This document shows, piece after piece, positions 36,265 through 45,140 of a stretch of 64,000 nt of DNA (positions are counted from its first letter, which is position 1; each line of letters begins with the position of its first letter). The position numbers and the translations under genes were made by a program. The notes below the pieces were generated by a model. That model made no database searches, was not told the origin of the DNA, and saw nothing but the letters and a program-made list of their open reading frames with translations. The stretch is from Spirochaetales bacterium (GTDB lineage: Bacteria; Bacillota; Clostridia; Christensenellales; UBA1242): assembly GCA_050178795.1 (NCBI GenBank), contig JBFXFT010000003.1:75264-139263 (forward strand). Reading direction: 5' to 3'.

Positions 36265-37992
36265 TTAAGGAATTGGAGTCCAAATAGCATAAAGCGTTAC
36301 GTTGCTTGCCCCCATTGTGTAGGTCGCACCATTTGCATATATTGTGCCAGTACCACTTGGATCAGAACACCAACCACTAAAGGTGTAACCCGTTCTAGTA
36401 TAAGTGTTAGGAATAAGCGTTAAACTTGAATTGTAAGCCATAACTTGAACATTCATAGTACCAGTTCCGCCGTTTGAGTCAAATGTAATGTTATAACTAT
36501 TTACCGACCAAACCGCATAAATGTTCATATCCGAAGTAATTATAGTGTATTGGTCTACTGTTGTTCCTGTGCCATTACTTGAAGTGTTCCAACCGCTAAA
36601 AGTATAGCCTGTGCGACTAGGGTTAATTGGCATGTTAGGTCCACCAATACTGTCGCCATATGTTACATTAAGGGTATCATATAAGTTGGAGTCGTAACTT
36701 ATAAAGAATAGAGTACAAACTCTAACGGTAAACTTAGCATAATAACTAACATTGGCACTTGGCGCTACAAAACTGTATGTAGAATTTACAGTTAATAGAG
36801 TTGCGCAAGTTGAATTTGAATACCAACCAACAAAACTGTAACCTGTTCCATTTATTGCAACTAAAGTTTGAGTTTCGCCAGCGCTTACAGTTGCGTAGTC
36901 GTATCCATCCATATTACTTGATGAATTTACTTTTACTACTCCACCGTTTCCAGCCAAGGTTCCACTTGGGTTTTCTGAATTGAATGTTACAGCGTAAGCA
37001 TATAAATTAATTGTTGAAGGTGTCTCTTCACTTTCATTAAAACGAGCATAAAGTGATGTCGTATTACTTATTGTAAAACTGTAAGCAGAATTTGTACTTA
37101 CCAAAGTCGTACAGGTTTCATTAGAGTACCAACCAGCAAATGTATAGCCTGCTGAAATTGTAGCCATTACATTTTGAGTTTCGCCAACGTTTACAGTTGC
37201 GTAGTCGTATGCGTCCATATTGCTTGATGAGTTTATTCTTACTGTGCCGCCATCTTCACTTAAAGTTCCACTTGGGTTTTCTGAATTAAATGTTACTGCA
37301 TAGGCAAAAATATTTACTGTTGAAGGTGTGTTTGCCGTCCATTTTGCATATAAAGTTATTGAACTTGTTATATCACTATTTCTTGCGCTCTCCATGCTTG
37401 CAGTATAATATTGTATTCCTTCTCCATTTATTGCCGTGTAATAACCGCCAAAGGTATAGCCTGTTCTTTCTGGAGCAAATGCGGTAGGCATATTATAGCC
37501 ATAAATTGCAAGTATGGTTGTTGAACCACCTGTTCCACCTTGTCTATCCAAATAAACTATGTATTCTTGTGTTGATGCTTCCTCAACGAAACTTGCATAT
37601 AAAGATACATCTTCATTTAAAAGAAATGAATATATTGCGTTAGTGCTTGCAAGTTCTGTAAGTGCACCGTCATAGTACCAACCCTCAAACTCATAACCTG
37701 CTTGAGCGGTTGCCGTTACAATTACTGCACTTCCCTTTGTCACGATTGCAGAATCATAATAGTCATGATTTGCACTTGAGTTTATGCTTACAATTCCAGA
37801 TTGAGCGGTACTATCTAATAGTCCTTCATTCATTACATAAACTTCTACTGTGGCATTTTCAACTTCTGGTTCGCCACCAAAATTAAAAAGATCGCCCAAA
37901 TCGCAACCAGACAATAATGGTGTAAACGCAAATAAGGCAATCATTGCCACTACTAATAGGGCTTTTTTGTTTATTTTTTGTAAAAGATTCAT
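36265..37992 (-). CDS. lipoprotein with InlB-B-type and Listeria-Bacteroides repeats (paralog of 34967-36124)
   Basis: The signal MNLLQKINKKALLVVAMIALFAFTPLLSGC is nearly the same as the neighbour's MGLLQRINKKAVMVLALFMLFALTPFFSGC. It has repeated GYxFxGWY and GYTFSGW...YA(V/I)W modules. Confidence 0.9.
   Translation of the reverse strand: MNLLQKINKKALLVVAMIALFAFTPLLSGCDLGDLFNFGGEPEVENATVEVYVMNEGLLDSTAQSGIVSINSSANHDYYDSAIVTKGSAVIVTATAQAGYEFEGWYYDGALTELASTNAIYSFLLNEDVSLYASFVEEASTQEYIVYLDRQGGTGGSTTILAIYGYNMPTAFAPERTGYTFGGYYTAINGEGIQYYTASMESARNSDITSSITLYAKWTANTPSTVNIFAYAVTFNSENPSGTLSEDGGTVRINSSSNMDAYDYATVNVGETQNVMATISAGYTFAGWYSNETCTTLVSTNSAYSFTISNTTSLYARFNESEETPSTINLYAYAVTFNSENPSGTLAGNGGVVKVNSSSNMDGYDYATVSAGETQTLVAINGTGYSFVGWYSNSTCATLLTVNSTYSFVAPSANVSYYAKFTVRVCTLFFISYDSNLYDTLNVTYGDSIGGPNMPINPSRTGYTFSGWNTSSNGTGTTVDQYTIITSDMNIYAVWSVNSYNITFDSNGGTGTMNVQVMAYNSSLTLIPNTYTRTGYTFSGWCSDPSGTGTIYANGATYTMGASNVTLYAIWTPIP
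36730..37329 (-). repeat. tandem about 306-bp (102-aa) intragenic duplication
   Basis: Residues about 222-323 (TPSTVNIFAYAVTFNSENPSGTLSEDGGTVRINSSSNMDAYDYATV...) and about 324-421 (TPSTINLYAYAVTFNSENPSGTLAGNGGVVKVNSSSNMDGYDYATV...) are highly similar. The similarity is also visible at DNA level. Confidence 0.75.
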
Positions 37993-38063
37993 TATTAAAA
38001 TCCCTCCAAATTTATTTGATTATAGAATAGCATATAAACTTAAAAATTTCAAACTAAAAAACA

Positions 38064-38546
38064 TTAATTATTCTCTTTTTCAAAGTCTATTAGCCATTGT
38101 TGAGTTCTTTGCCAATCACTCGTACCAGAGGTTTTTCCACTTGCGCTTGTTACCCTATGACATGGCACAATAAACATAAGTTTGTTGTTGTGATTAGCAC
38201 TGCCTACTGCGCGACTAGCACTAGCCTTGCCAACCATTACGGCGACATCTTTATAACTAACGGTTTTACCATAAGGAATTGTCATAAGTTTTTGATAAAC
38301 GCTTTTTTGAAAGTCTGTTCCGCTTAATTCAAACTTTAAATCAAAAACACTTCTCTTATGATTAAAATATTCATCTAGTTGTCTTACTGCCTCTTTTGCC
38401 GTATCAGTCAAACATTCTTTTTCGTCATCAAAATAGGCTAGCCCAATATGATTCACATATTGACCCCTTGTCCTAACCCTTATAAAACCAATGGGGCTTA
38501 AATAAAACATAAGCCCCTCATTTTTATCTGTAATTTTTGTTTGCAC
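38064..38546 (-). CDS. ogt: methylated-DNA-protein-cysteine methyltransferase
   Basis: IVPCHRV active site and the NHNNK/GSAN helix-turn-wing region. The GTG start overlaps the upstream stop (TAGTG). Confidence 0.9.
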   Translation of the reverse strand: MQTKITDKNEGLMFYLSPIGFIRVRTRGQYVNHIGLAYFDDEKECLTDTAKEAVRQLDEYFNHKRSVFDLKFELSGTDFQKSVYQKLMTIPYGKTVSYKDVAVMVGKASASRAVGSANHNNKLMFIVPCHRVTSASGKTSGTSDWQRTQQWLIDFEKENN

Positions 38547-39352
38547 TAATTGTTTTCCTTTCGCATATAAATTTTATAAGCAAGGACGGAATATGCTAAA
38601 CATATTACACCGCCGATAAGCATATACAAATAAAAGTTTAAGTTATAACTACTTGCAAACATTTGCGGTAGCATTTCACTAATTATGCCTTGCACGCTCC
38701 AAAAATTTGGGAAAAGCGACAATAGATATTGTCCTAGCCCTTTAAAAGTATCAAGCAAAATAAGCATTGGAATAAGCATTAAAAAGCCTGTGCTTTTCAT
38801 GTATGCAAAGCCCTCTATTTTGTTTTTTGATAGACCAACAATGAATAGTCCAACCGATGGCACAAATAAACTGCTAGAAATGGCAAATACTAAAACCTCT
38901 AAAAAGTTTATGTTGTCAAAAAGTTTTATTGTTTCTGCCCCTATTTGCACAACGTATGAGTCACCTGCTAAAATTTTTGTGCCCCAAAGGACTATTATTG
39001 TAGAAATTACAGCAAATATATAGGTGTAAATTACTTTAAATTTTACATAGCCCCTTTTGCCTATTGGCGTTACGGCTATTGTTTGTAAAGTGTCCTCGTC
39101 TTTATTGTCAAGTAAACTAAACCCCAAAAGAGCCGCTGCACCGACATAGCCAAATCCCAACATAACTATTATTATAACTATTGTAGCAATTGACATACCA
39201 CTAATGTCTGCGCCCACCCTATTCATTAAAGCAGGATATAAAAGCACAGTTAAAAGTAGCACAAAAAATGGAAAAATTACCATAAAGGCATTCATTTTGT
39301 CGCGCCAAGTGTTTTTTAGTTCATATTTTAATAGTTCTAAATACTTTTTCAT
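38546..39352 (-). CDS. ABC-2-type transporter permease
   Basis: 268 aa with about 6 TM segments, downstream of the ABC ATPase. Confidence 0.8.
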   Translation of the reverse strand: MKKYLELLKYELKNTWRDKMNAFMVIFPFFVLLLTVLLYPALMNRVGADISGMSIATIVIIIVMLGFGYVGAAALLGFSLLDNKDEDTLQTIAVTPIGKRGYVKFKVIYTYIFAVISTIIVLWGTKILAGDSYVVQIGAETIKLFDNINFLEVLVFAISSSLFVPSVGLFIVGLSKNKIEGFAYMKSTGFLMLIPMLILLDTFKGLGQYLLSLFPNFWSVQGIISEMLPQMFASSYNLNFYLYMLIGGVICLAYSVLAYKIYMRKENN

Positions 39353-39356
39353 ACGC

Positions 39357-40079
39357 CTAGCCCCTCATAACATATTGTTTAAATTTTTTAGTTACAAAAA
39401 ATTTGAATATTACGACACTTATGGCAACTAAATACGCTATGCTACCGATTAGTCCCCATACGCTTAGCGCTTGTCCTGCTGCAGTGTTCAATAAAAGTTC
39501 AACTATGTATGCTGGAGATATATAAATAATAAACTCCCAACTTGACGGTATTAAGCCCGTCAAAACAAATAGCGCTGGTAAAGTAAAAATTAACACATAC
39601 AAAATGTAATTTATGATTAGAGCGTTAAAGTCCTTACTCCATATTACAAGCACAAAGCCAATCATTACGTGTGCCATTGCGCCTAAAAAGGCATAGACCG
39701 CTAAAAGTGCCAAATTGATTTGTGCGCCGTGAATTAAAATTGCCGCACCACCAACGATTATTGCGGTAATTAAACTTAATAATACTGCGGACAAGACTTT
39801 GCTCGCTATTACTTCCCAAAGTTTTACTGGCGCAACCATGACGCTTTTTAAACTGCCCTCTTGTTTTTCAAAAAACAGACTTGCACCAAGCATTATTATA
39901 CTCATCATTGTGGCGTCAATAAACACCAAAAGTGGCACAAGAGCCGTAGCCTCTGCCGCACTTGTAAAACCTATTATTACGGCGTATATAACTGCAAAAA
40001 TTGTGCTTATTTGCAAGATATTATACTTTTTTAGACGCATTAAATCGGCGATTAAAAGTTTTTTTACGTTACTTAACAT
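39357..40079 (-). CDS. ABC-2-type transporter permease
   Basis: 240 aa with about 6 TM segments. It overlaps the ATPase gene end by 11 nt. Confidence 0.8.
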   Translation of the reverse strand: MLSNVKKLLIADLMRLKKYNILQISTIFAVIYAVIIGFTSAAEATALVPLLVFIDATMMSIIMLGASLFFEKQEGSLKSVMVAPVKLWEVIASKVLSAVLLSLITAIIVGGAAILIHGAQINLALLAVYAFLGAMAHVMIGFVLVIWSKDFNALIINYILYVLIFTLPALFVLTGLIPSSWEFIIYISPAYIVELLLNTAAGQALSVWGLIGSIAYLVAISVVIFKFFVTKKFKQYVMRG

Positions 40080-40932
40080 CTTTTGCCCCCGTAATTTTAA
40101 TAAATATTTCGTCTAACCCAGTTTCACCCGAGTGTATTGTCTCTACTTGTTCTTCTTTTAATATTTTAAAGAACTCCTTGTTGTCGCCAAGGTCTTTCAT
40201 TTCAAAAATTTGTTTTTCCAATTTGCCCTTATTTTTGTATTCAACGGCAATTTGCTTTTTGCCATATTTTAGTTTTAAATTTCTTGGTGTGTCGGTCTCT
40301 ACAATTTTGCCCCTATCCATAAAGGCTACCCTGTCGCAAAGTTCTTCAACGTCTTTCATTAGGTGTGTTGTTAAAAATACTGTGCCGCCCTTATTTTTAA
40401 ATTCTAAAATAAGGTCCTTGATTATGCGCGCATTCATTGGGTCAAGTCCATTTGTTATTTCGTCCAAAAACAAAACTTTTGGATTGTTTAACATACTCCT
40501 AACAAAATTTAACCTTACCTTCATGCCCTTACTAAATTCGCCGACCTTTTTGTCTTTGTCTTCATATAGACCAACCCTCTTTAAAAGTTCTTCGCCATCG
40601 GCTTTGTTTTTATATAGATTCAAAAAGAAGTTTATGTTTTCCATTGCTGTAAGTTTGTTAAAATGAACTGGCATTTCAAAACCTACGCCAATTTCCTCAT
40701 AGTAACTTGTATTTAATTCTTTTAAATCTTTACCGAAGTATTCAATTTTGCCCTCATAACCCTCTAACAGTTTAATTAAAACCTTTTGAGTGGTACTCTT
40801 GCCTGCGCCACTTGGACCTAGTAGTCCAAAAATTTCGCCCTCATTTACTTCAAAGTCTATACCGCAAATTACGTCCTCTGTTCCCTTTGGGTATTTAAAC
40901 CTTAAATTTTCAACTTTAAAAGCCTTTGCCAT
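40069..40932 (-). CDS. ABC transporter ATP-binding protein
   Basis: Walker A GPSGAGKST, signature FSKGMKVR, Walker B VLFLDE. The start is set at MAKAFKVENL after AGGAGA; the ORF track extends 35 codons upstream. Confidence 0.9.
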   Translation of the reverse strand: MAKAFKVENLRFKYPKGTEDVICGIDFEVNEGEIFGLLGPSGAGKSTTQKVLIKLLEGYEGKIEYFGKDLKELNTSYYEEIGVGFEMPVHFNKLTAMENINFFLNLYKNKADGEELLKRVGLYEDKDKKVGEFSKGMKVRLNFVRSMLNNPKVLFLDEITNGLDPMNARIIKDLILEFKNKGGTVFLTTHLMKDVEELCDRVAFMDRGKIVETDTPRNLKLKYGKKQIAVEYKNKGKLEKQIFEMKDLGDNKEFFKILKEEQVETIHSGETGLDEIFIKITGAKDVK

Positions 40933-41067
40933 AAATCTTTCTCCTAAACAAGTTAATAATATGTAATAATTATACCACTTGTGTATTTTGTAGGTCAAAA
41001 GAATATAGTGTTTTAAACCCCTATTGAGTTTAAACAAAAAACCACCTTAAAAGTGGTTTTTAGTCGT

Positions 41068-42405
41068 TTAAATTAATTCTAGTTCCAATAAAGTCTCAAC
41101 ATGTTTAGTTTGAGGGAACATATCGTATGGAATAATTGTTTTAATTTTATAATTTTTAGTAAGTGTTTTTAAATCTTCACTCAAACTAAATGGATTGCAA
41201 GACAAATAAATTATTTTTTGTGCTCCAGAACTTGCTAACACGCTTGCTGTTTTTTCTAGTCCCTTTCTTGGTGGGTCTACAAAAATTATTTTTTCTTTTT
41301 CGGCTGGCAATTCTTTCATCAACTCTTTTACTATTTTGTTGCAATCGCCCTCTAGTGCTTTTACTTGTCCCATAAAACCATTCTTTTTAATTAGGCGTCT
41401 TGCCTCTATAACTGCACTTTTTTCAAGTTCTACCGAAATAACTTGCGCACCAAGAGAAGCAAAAAGAACAGAAGTAATACCAATTCCACTAAATAAATCA
41501 AGTATGACGCTATTTTTAGAAACACCCGCAAGTTCAATTACTTTTTTGTAAATTTTAGTCATCATAGGTGTATTGATTTGTAAAAATGAGGTTGGAAATA
41601 GTTCAACTTCTACTCCCATTATTTTGGCAACTAACGCTTGCTCTCCATATAAATGAATAAACTCCTCACCATAAACAAAACTGTCGGTGCGAGTGTTTAC
41701 ATTCAAATATAATGATATCTTTTTAAACTCTTTTTTCAAAAGTTCATAAAGTGTTTTTGACTCTGGCAACAATTTTTTGGTGGTAACCATAGTAACAATA
41801 ATTTGATTGTCTAAATACCTCGCCGTTACATAGCGAAGTAAGCCTTTTTGCTCGTCAATGTCATACGGCTCAATTTTGCTTATTTTTAAATATTCCTTTA
41901 AAATTGCATACAGTTTTTGCGCCCAAGTATCGTACAAACTGCAATTTGGAATATCTACAATTTGTTTGCTACCTTCCTCAAAAAAGCCCACTATAACTTT
42001 GCCTGCTTTTTTAGCAATGGCAAAATGAATTTTGTTGCGATATTCATAAGGGTAGTATACGCCAACGGTATCTTCTACTTTTATGTTAGAAAACTCTTTT
42101 AAGGCGGTCTTTACAATTTGTTTTTTAAAGTTTAATTGCTCCGCGTAGTCTATATGCTGTAAGTTACAGCCACCACAAATTTCTATGTAAGGGCATTTAG
42201 GCAAAACCCTATGAGCGTTAGCCTCTAAAACCTCATCTACTTTGGCAGTCGTTTCAGAATAATAAGAAGAGGTGACTGTTGCTTTTACTGTTTCGTTTTC
42301 TAGCGTATTTGGCACTATAACTTTTTGCCCATACAAAAAGCCAACGCCCTTTCCGTCTTCATTTAATTCTTTTATTTTCAAGGTAATTTTATCGTTTCTT
42401 TTCAT
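41068..42405 (-). CDS. 23S rRNA (uracil-5-)-methyltransferase, RumA/RlmD family
   Basis: N-terminal TRAM-like domain, Fe-S cysteines CPYIEICGGCNLQH, the SAM motif DLFSGIG, and DPPRKG with the C-terminal MFPQTKHVE. Confidence 0.9.
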   Translation of the reverse strand: MKRNDKITLKIKELNEDGKGVGFLYGQKVIVPNTLENETVKATVTSSYYSETTAKVDEVLEANAHRVLPKCPYIEICGGCNLQHIDYAEQLNFKKQIVKTALKEFSNIKVEDTVGVYYPYEYRNKIHFAIAKKAGKVIVGFFEEGSKQIVDIPNCSLYDTWAQKLYAILKEYLKISKIEPYDIDEQKGLLRYVTARYLDNQIIVTMVTTKKLLPESKTLYELLKKEFKKISLYLNVNTRTDSFVYGEEFIHLYGEQALVAKIMGVEVELFPTSFLQINTPMMTKIYKKVIELAGVSKNSVILDLFSGIGITSVLFASLGAQVISVELEKSAVIEARRLIKKNGFMGQVKALEGDCNKIVKELMKELPAEKEKIIFVDPPRKGLEKTASVLASSGAQKIIYLSCNPFSLSEDLKTLTKNYKIKTIIPYDMFPQTKHVETLLELELI

Positions 42406-42412
42406 AATATTA

Positions 42413-43813
42413 TTACTCTTTTATCCTTACAAGTTCTACCAATGTCTCAACGTGCTTAGTTTGTGGAAACATATCATAAGGTGTTACGCTTTTTATTTTA
42501 TAAATTGGCTTTGGATTTAAAACATTTTTAGTCTCGTCTAAGTCTTTTGTGTTTAGTAAGTACCCAAGGTCGCGCGCAAGTGCACTAAGCCCACATGCAA
42601 GGTAAACAATTTGGCTTGGCTTACTCTTTAAAATTCCACTTATTATGCTTCTATCAAGCCCCTTTCTTGGTGGGTCAACTACTAGACTTACATCGCCATT
42701 AACTTCTTCCATTAATTTTGGTAAAGTAACCGCACAATCGCCCAAAATATTGGTAACCCTATTAGTTAAATTGTTGTCTTTTAGCATTTGGTCTGCGCTT
42801 TCTATCGCTTCTTTAACAATTTCAAGCCCATACACTTTTGCGTTTGTGTTTTTTGCCAAAATACCAGTTAGTAAACCTGCCCCACTATAAGCGTCAATGA
42901 CTGTTGATGGGTTTTTAAAGTTTATCATCTCTATTATTCTACTATAAATTTTGTTGCGAATGTCATTATTGACTTGCATAAAACTTACGCTTGCAGTTTT
43001 AACCGTTATACCGTTTTGCTCTTCAACCAAGTACTCTTCGCCGCCAGCAAAGACACTTTTTTCGCTTAAAATTACATTGTTGTTTTGCGTATTTATGTTT
43101 AAGTAAAGCCCAAAATTATTAAACTCGTTTTTTAACATTGTCTTTAAGTCGTTTAAATTTGGCATAGTGTTACCATTTATTACAACTGTTACAATTAAAC
43201 CGTCTTCTCCCTCGCGAGCAACTAAGTGCTTAACTAAACCGCTGTTAGAAGTTTCATCGTACGCCTCAATGCCATATTGAGTCATAAACCCTTTAAAAAG
43301 TTTAATTAATCTGTTTGTTTTTTCTTGTTGCAAGGGGCAAGAATTTATTTCAATAATATCGTGACTGTTGAAAGTAAAAAAACCAATTTTTAGTTCTCCG
43401 TTTACCTTTCGCACTGGTAGACTTATTTTGTTTCTATATTCATATTGGTTTGCGCTCGGCGTGCAAGAATTTACATCAAAACCAATATTGCCAACCTTTT
43501 TTAAGGTCTCCGCCACCATATTTGTTTTAAATTGTAATTGTTCTTTATAACTTAAATGTTGTAGTTGACAACCACCACACTTTTCAAACACTTTGCAAAC
43601 TGGCTTAACCCTTTCGGCGCTCGGCTCAATTACTTTAATTAATTTGGCATACATTACATTTTTTAAAACTTTTAATATTTGCACTTCTACCTTTTCTTTT
43701 GGTAGGGCGTATGGCACAAAAAGTATTGGCGATGTGCTTTTTACAATTCCCTCGCCATTTATGCCTAAAACATCTATTGTCGTTATTAATCTGTCATTCT
43801 TTTTATATAGCAT
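42413..43813 (-). CDS. 23S rRNA (uracil-5-)-methyltransferase, RumA/RlmD family (tandem paralog)
   Basis: CKVFEKCGGCQLQH, DAYSGAG, DPPRKG and MFPQTKHVE. The start is set at MLYKKND after GGGAGC. Confidence 0.9.
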   Translation of the reverse strand: MLYKKNDRLITTIDVLGINGEGIVKSTSPILFVPYALPKEKVEVQILKVLKNVMYAKLIKVIEPSAERVKPVCKVFEKCGGCQLQHLSYKEQLQFKTNMVAETLKKVGNIGFDVNSCTPSANQYEYRNKISLPVRKVNGELKIGFFTFNSHDIIEINSCPLQQEKTNRLIKLFKGFMTQYGIEAYDETSNSGLVKHLVAREGEDGLIVTVVINGNTMPNLNDLKTMLKNEFNNFGLYLNINTQNNNVILSEKSVFAGGEEYLVEEQNGITVKTASVSFMQVNNDIRNKIYSRIIEMINFKNPSTVIDAYSGAGLLTGILAKNTNAKVYGLEIVKEAIESADQMLKDNNLTNRVTNILGDCAVTLPKLMEEVNGDVSLVVDPPRKGLDRSIISGILKSKPSQIVYLACGLSALARDLGYLLNTKDLDETKNVLNPKPIYKIKSVTPYDMFPQTKHVETLVELVRIKE

Positions 43814-43925
43814 ATTTGCTCCCAAGTTATTGTAACATACTTTAAAGTTTTAGCATAAACAAAACACTAAAAAACTATTGAATAGTCAAAAAATATATGG
43901 TATTATTATAATACATAGTTGAGGA

Positions 43926-43964
43926 ATGAATATGAAAAAATTTGAGGTTCATAAAATTCAATAA
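43926..43964 (+). CDS. candidate 12-codon leader peptide MNMKKFEVHKIQ
   Basis: The ATG is preceded by a GAGGAA Shine-Dalgarno. It is followed 12 nt later by an intrinsic terminator, and lies upstream of the SDR gene. Confidence 0.3.
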   Translation: MNMKKFEVHKIQ

Positions 43965-43975
43965 AGTCTAAATTA

Positions 43976-44003
43976 AAAAGAGTTTATGCAAAAACTCTTT
44001 TTT
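43976..44003 (+). terminator. intrinsic terminator in the 5' region of the SDR gene (possible attenuator)
   Basis: aaaagagttt-atgcaa-aaactctttt, a perfect 10-bp stem running into a T tract. No gene ends here on either strand. Confidence 0.6.
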
Positions 44004-44053
44004 AAGGTTTAAATTAATCGGCACTTGTTTAAGTGCTAAGAGGTATATACATA

Positions 44054-45097
44054 ATGATGTTAAATAAGGAACGCAAAATTATTGAAGTTCTAAATAAAAA
44101 AGTGTTGGTAGTGGGCGGAACGGGCTTACTGGGGTCCCGTGCAATAGATCACTTAGTTAGTAAAGGTTATGAGGTAACCACTATAAGCCTACCAAGCGAT
44201 GGTCCTCAAGAAGATTTATATGATGGCAAAGTAGAGTACATATTAAAGGACATAAACAACCTAACAGACACAGAGATGTTAAAAATAATGAGGGACAAGC
44301 AATATTTATTAATTGCAATAGGTGCCGATGAACGCTATGCGCCAAAAATACCTGCTTTGACCTTTTATAGAAAATATAACGTGCAAGTTACTACAAACTT
44401 ACTTAGAATGGCTAGACTTTCTAAAATAAAAAATGTTGTAATTTTGGGCTCGTACTTCACATACTTCAACAGGGTGTGGCCAGACCTTAAATTAAAGGAA
44501 ACGCACCCATACATTAGAAGTAGATGCGAACAAATGGAAATTGCATTTACTTATAACTCAAATGTTATGAAAGTAACAGTGCTAGAACTACCTTACATAT
44601 TTGGTACGCTAAACCACCATACCCCACTATGGAATATGATAACCGAACAACTAAACAGCAACAAGCACATATATTACCCACTTGGCGGAACGGCTATGGC
44701 AACAGCAAACGAGGTTGCAGAAGCGGTGGAGGGAGCCTTTCTTTATGCCGATGGCGGAAAACCTTATCAGGTGGCGAGTGTCAACCTTAAATGGAAAGAC
44801 TTTTTGAGTTACTTATTAAAAATTCAAAATCAAGAACATAAAGTCCTTACCCCTTATTCCAACCTTGCGACGACTCGCGAAATGAAAAAGAAAATGAAAG
44901 ACTTTAAAAAAGAGGGTCGTGAGAGCGGACTAGATTTAGTAAAGTATTTAGAATTTCAAAAAAGAGACGCCTACATTGACCCATCGGAATGTATGTCAAA
45001 CTTAAAATATAACCCTGACGATATTTATGCGGCAATAAACGAGACTTTAAAAGCCTGCGAAACACAACTATTAAAAGAAACTAAAAAGAAAAAATAA
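44054..45097 (+). CDS. NAD-dependent epimerase/dehydratase (extended SDR) family protein
   Basis: KVLVVGGTGLLGSRA Rossmann motif. The start is set at MMLNKERK after AAGAGG. Confidence 0.85.
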   Translation: MMLNKERKIIEVLNKKVLVVGGTGLLGSRAIDHLVSKGYEVTTISLPSDGPQEDLYDGKVEYILKDINNLTDTEMLKIMRDKQYLLIAIGADERYAPKIPALTFYRKYNVQVTTNLLRMARLSKIKNVVILGSYFTYFNRVWPDLKLKETHPYIRSRCEQMEIAFTYNSNVMKVTVLELPYIFGTLNHHTPLWNMITEQLNSNKHIYYPLGGTAMATANEVAEAVEGAFLYADGGKPYQVASVNLKWKDFLSYLLKIQNQEHKVLTPYSNLATTREMKKKMKDFKKEGRESGLDLVKYLEFQKRDAYIDPSECMSNLKYNPDDIYAAINETLKACETQLLKETKKKK

Positions 45098-45127
45098 AAA
45101 GCACAGCCAAATACTGTGCTTTTTTTA
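45096..45127. terminator. bidirectional terminator
   Basis: aagcacag-ccaaata-ctgtgctt plus a T-run. Confidence 0.7.
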
Positions 45128-45140
45128 TTTTGATTAAATT

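Noticed and set aside
37850-38173. 107-aa plus-strand ORF bridging the lipoprotein/ogt intergenic region
   Set aside because: It mostly overlaps the N-terminus of the lipoprotein gene and the C-terminus of ogt on the opposite strand. It has no RBS and no motifs.
40001-40666. 221-aa ORF on the plus strand
   Set aside because: It is antisense to the ABC ATPase (40069-40932), which has unambiguous Walker motifs. The product is Ser/Leu/Phe-rich with no motifs. It is a shadow ORF.
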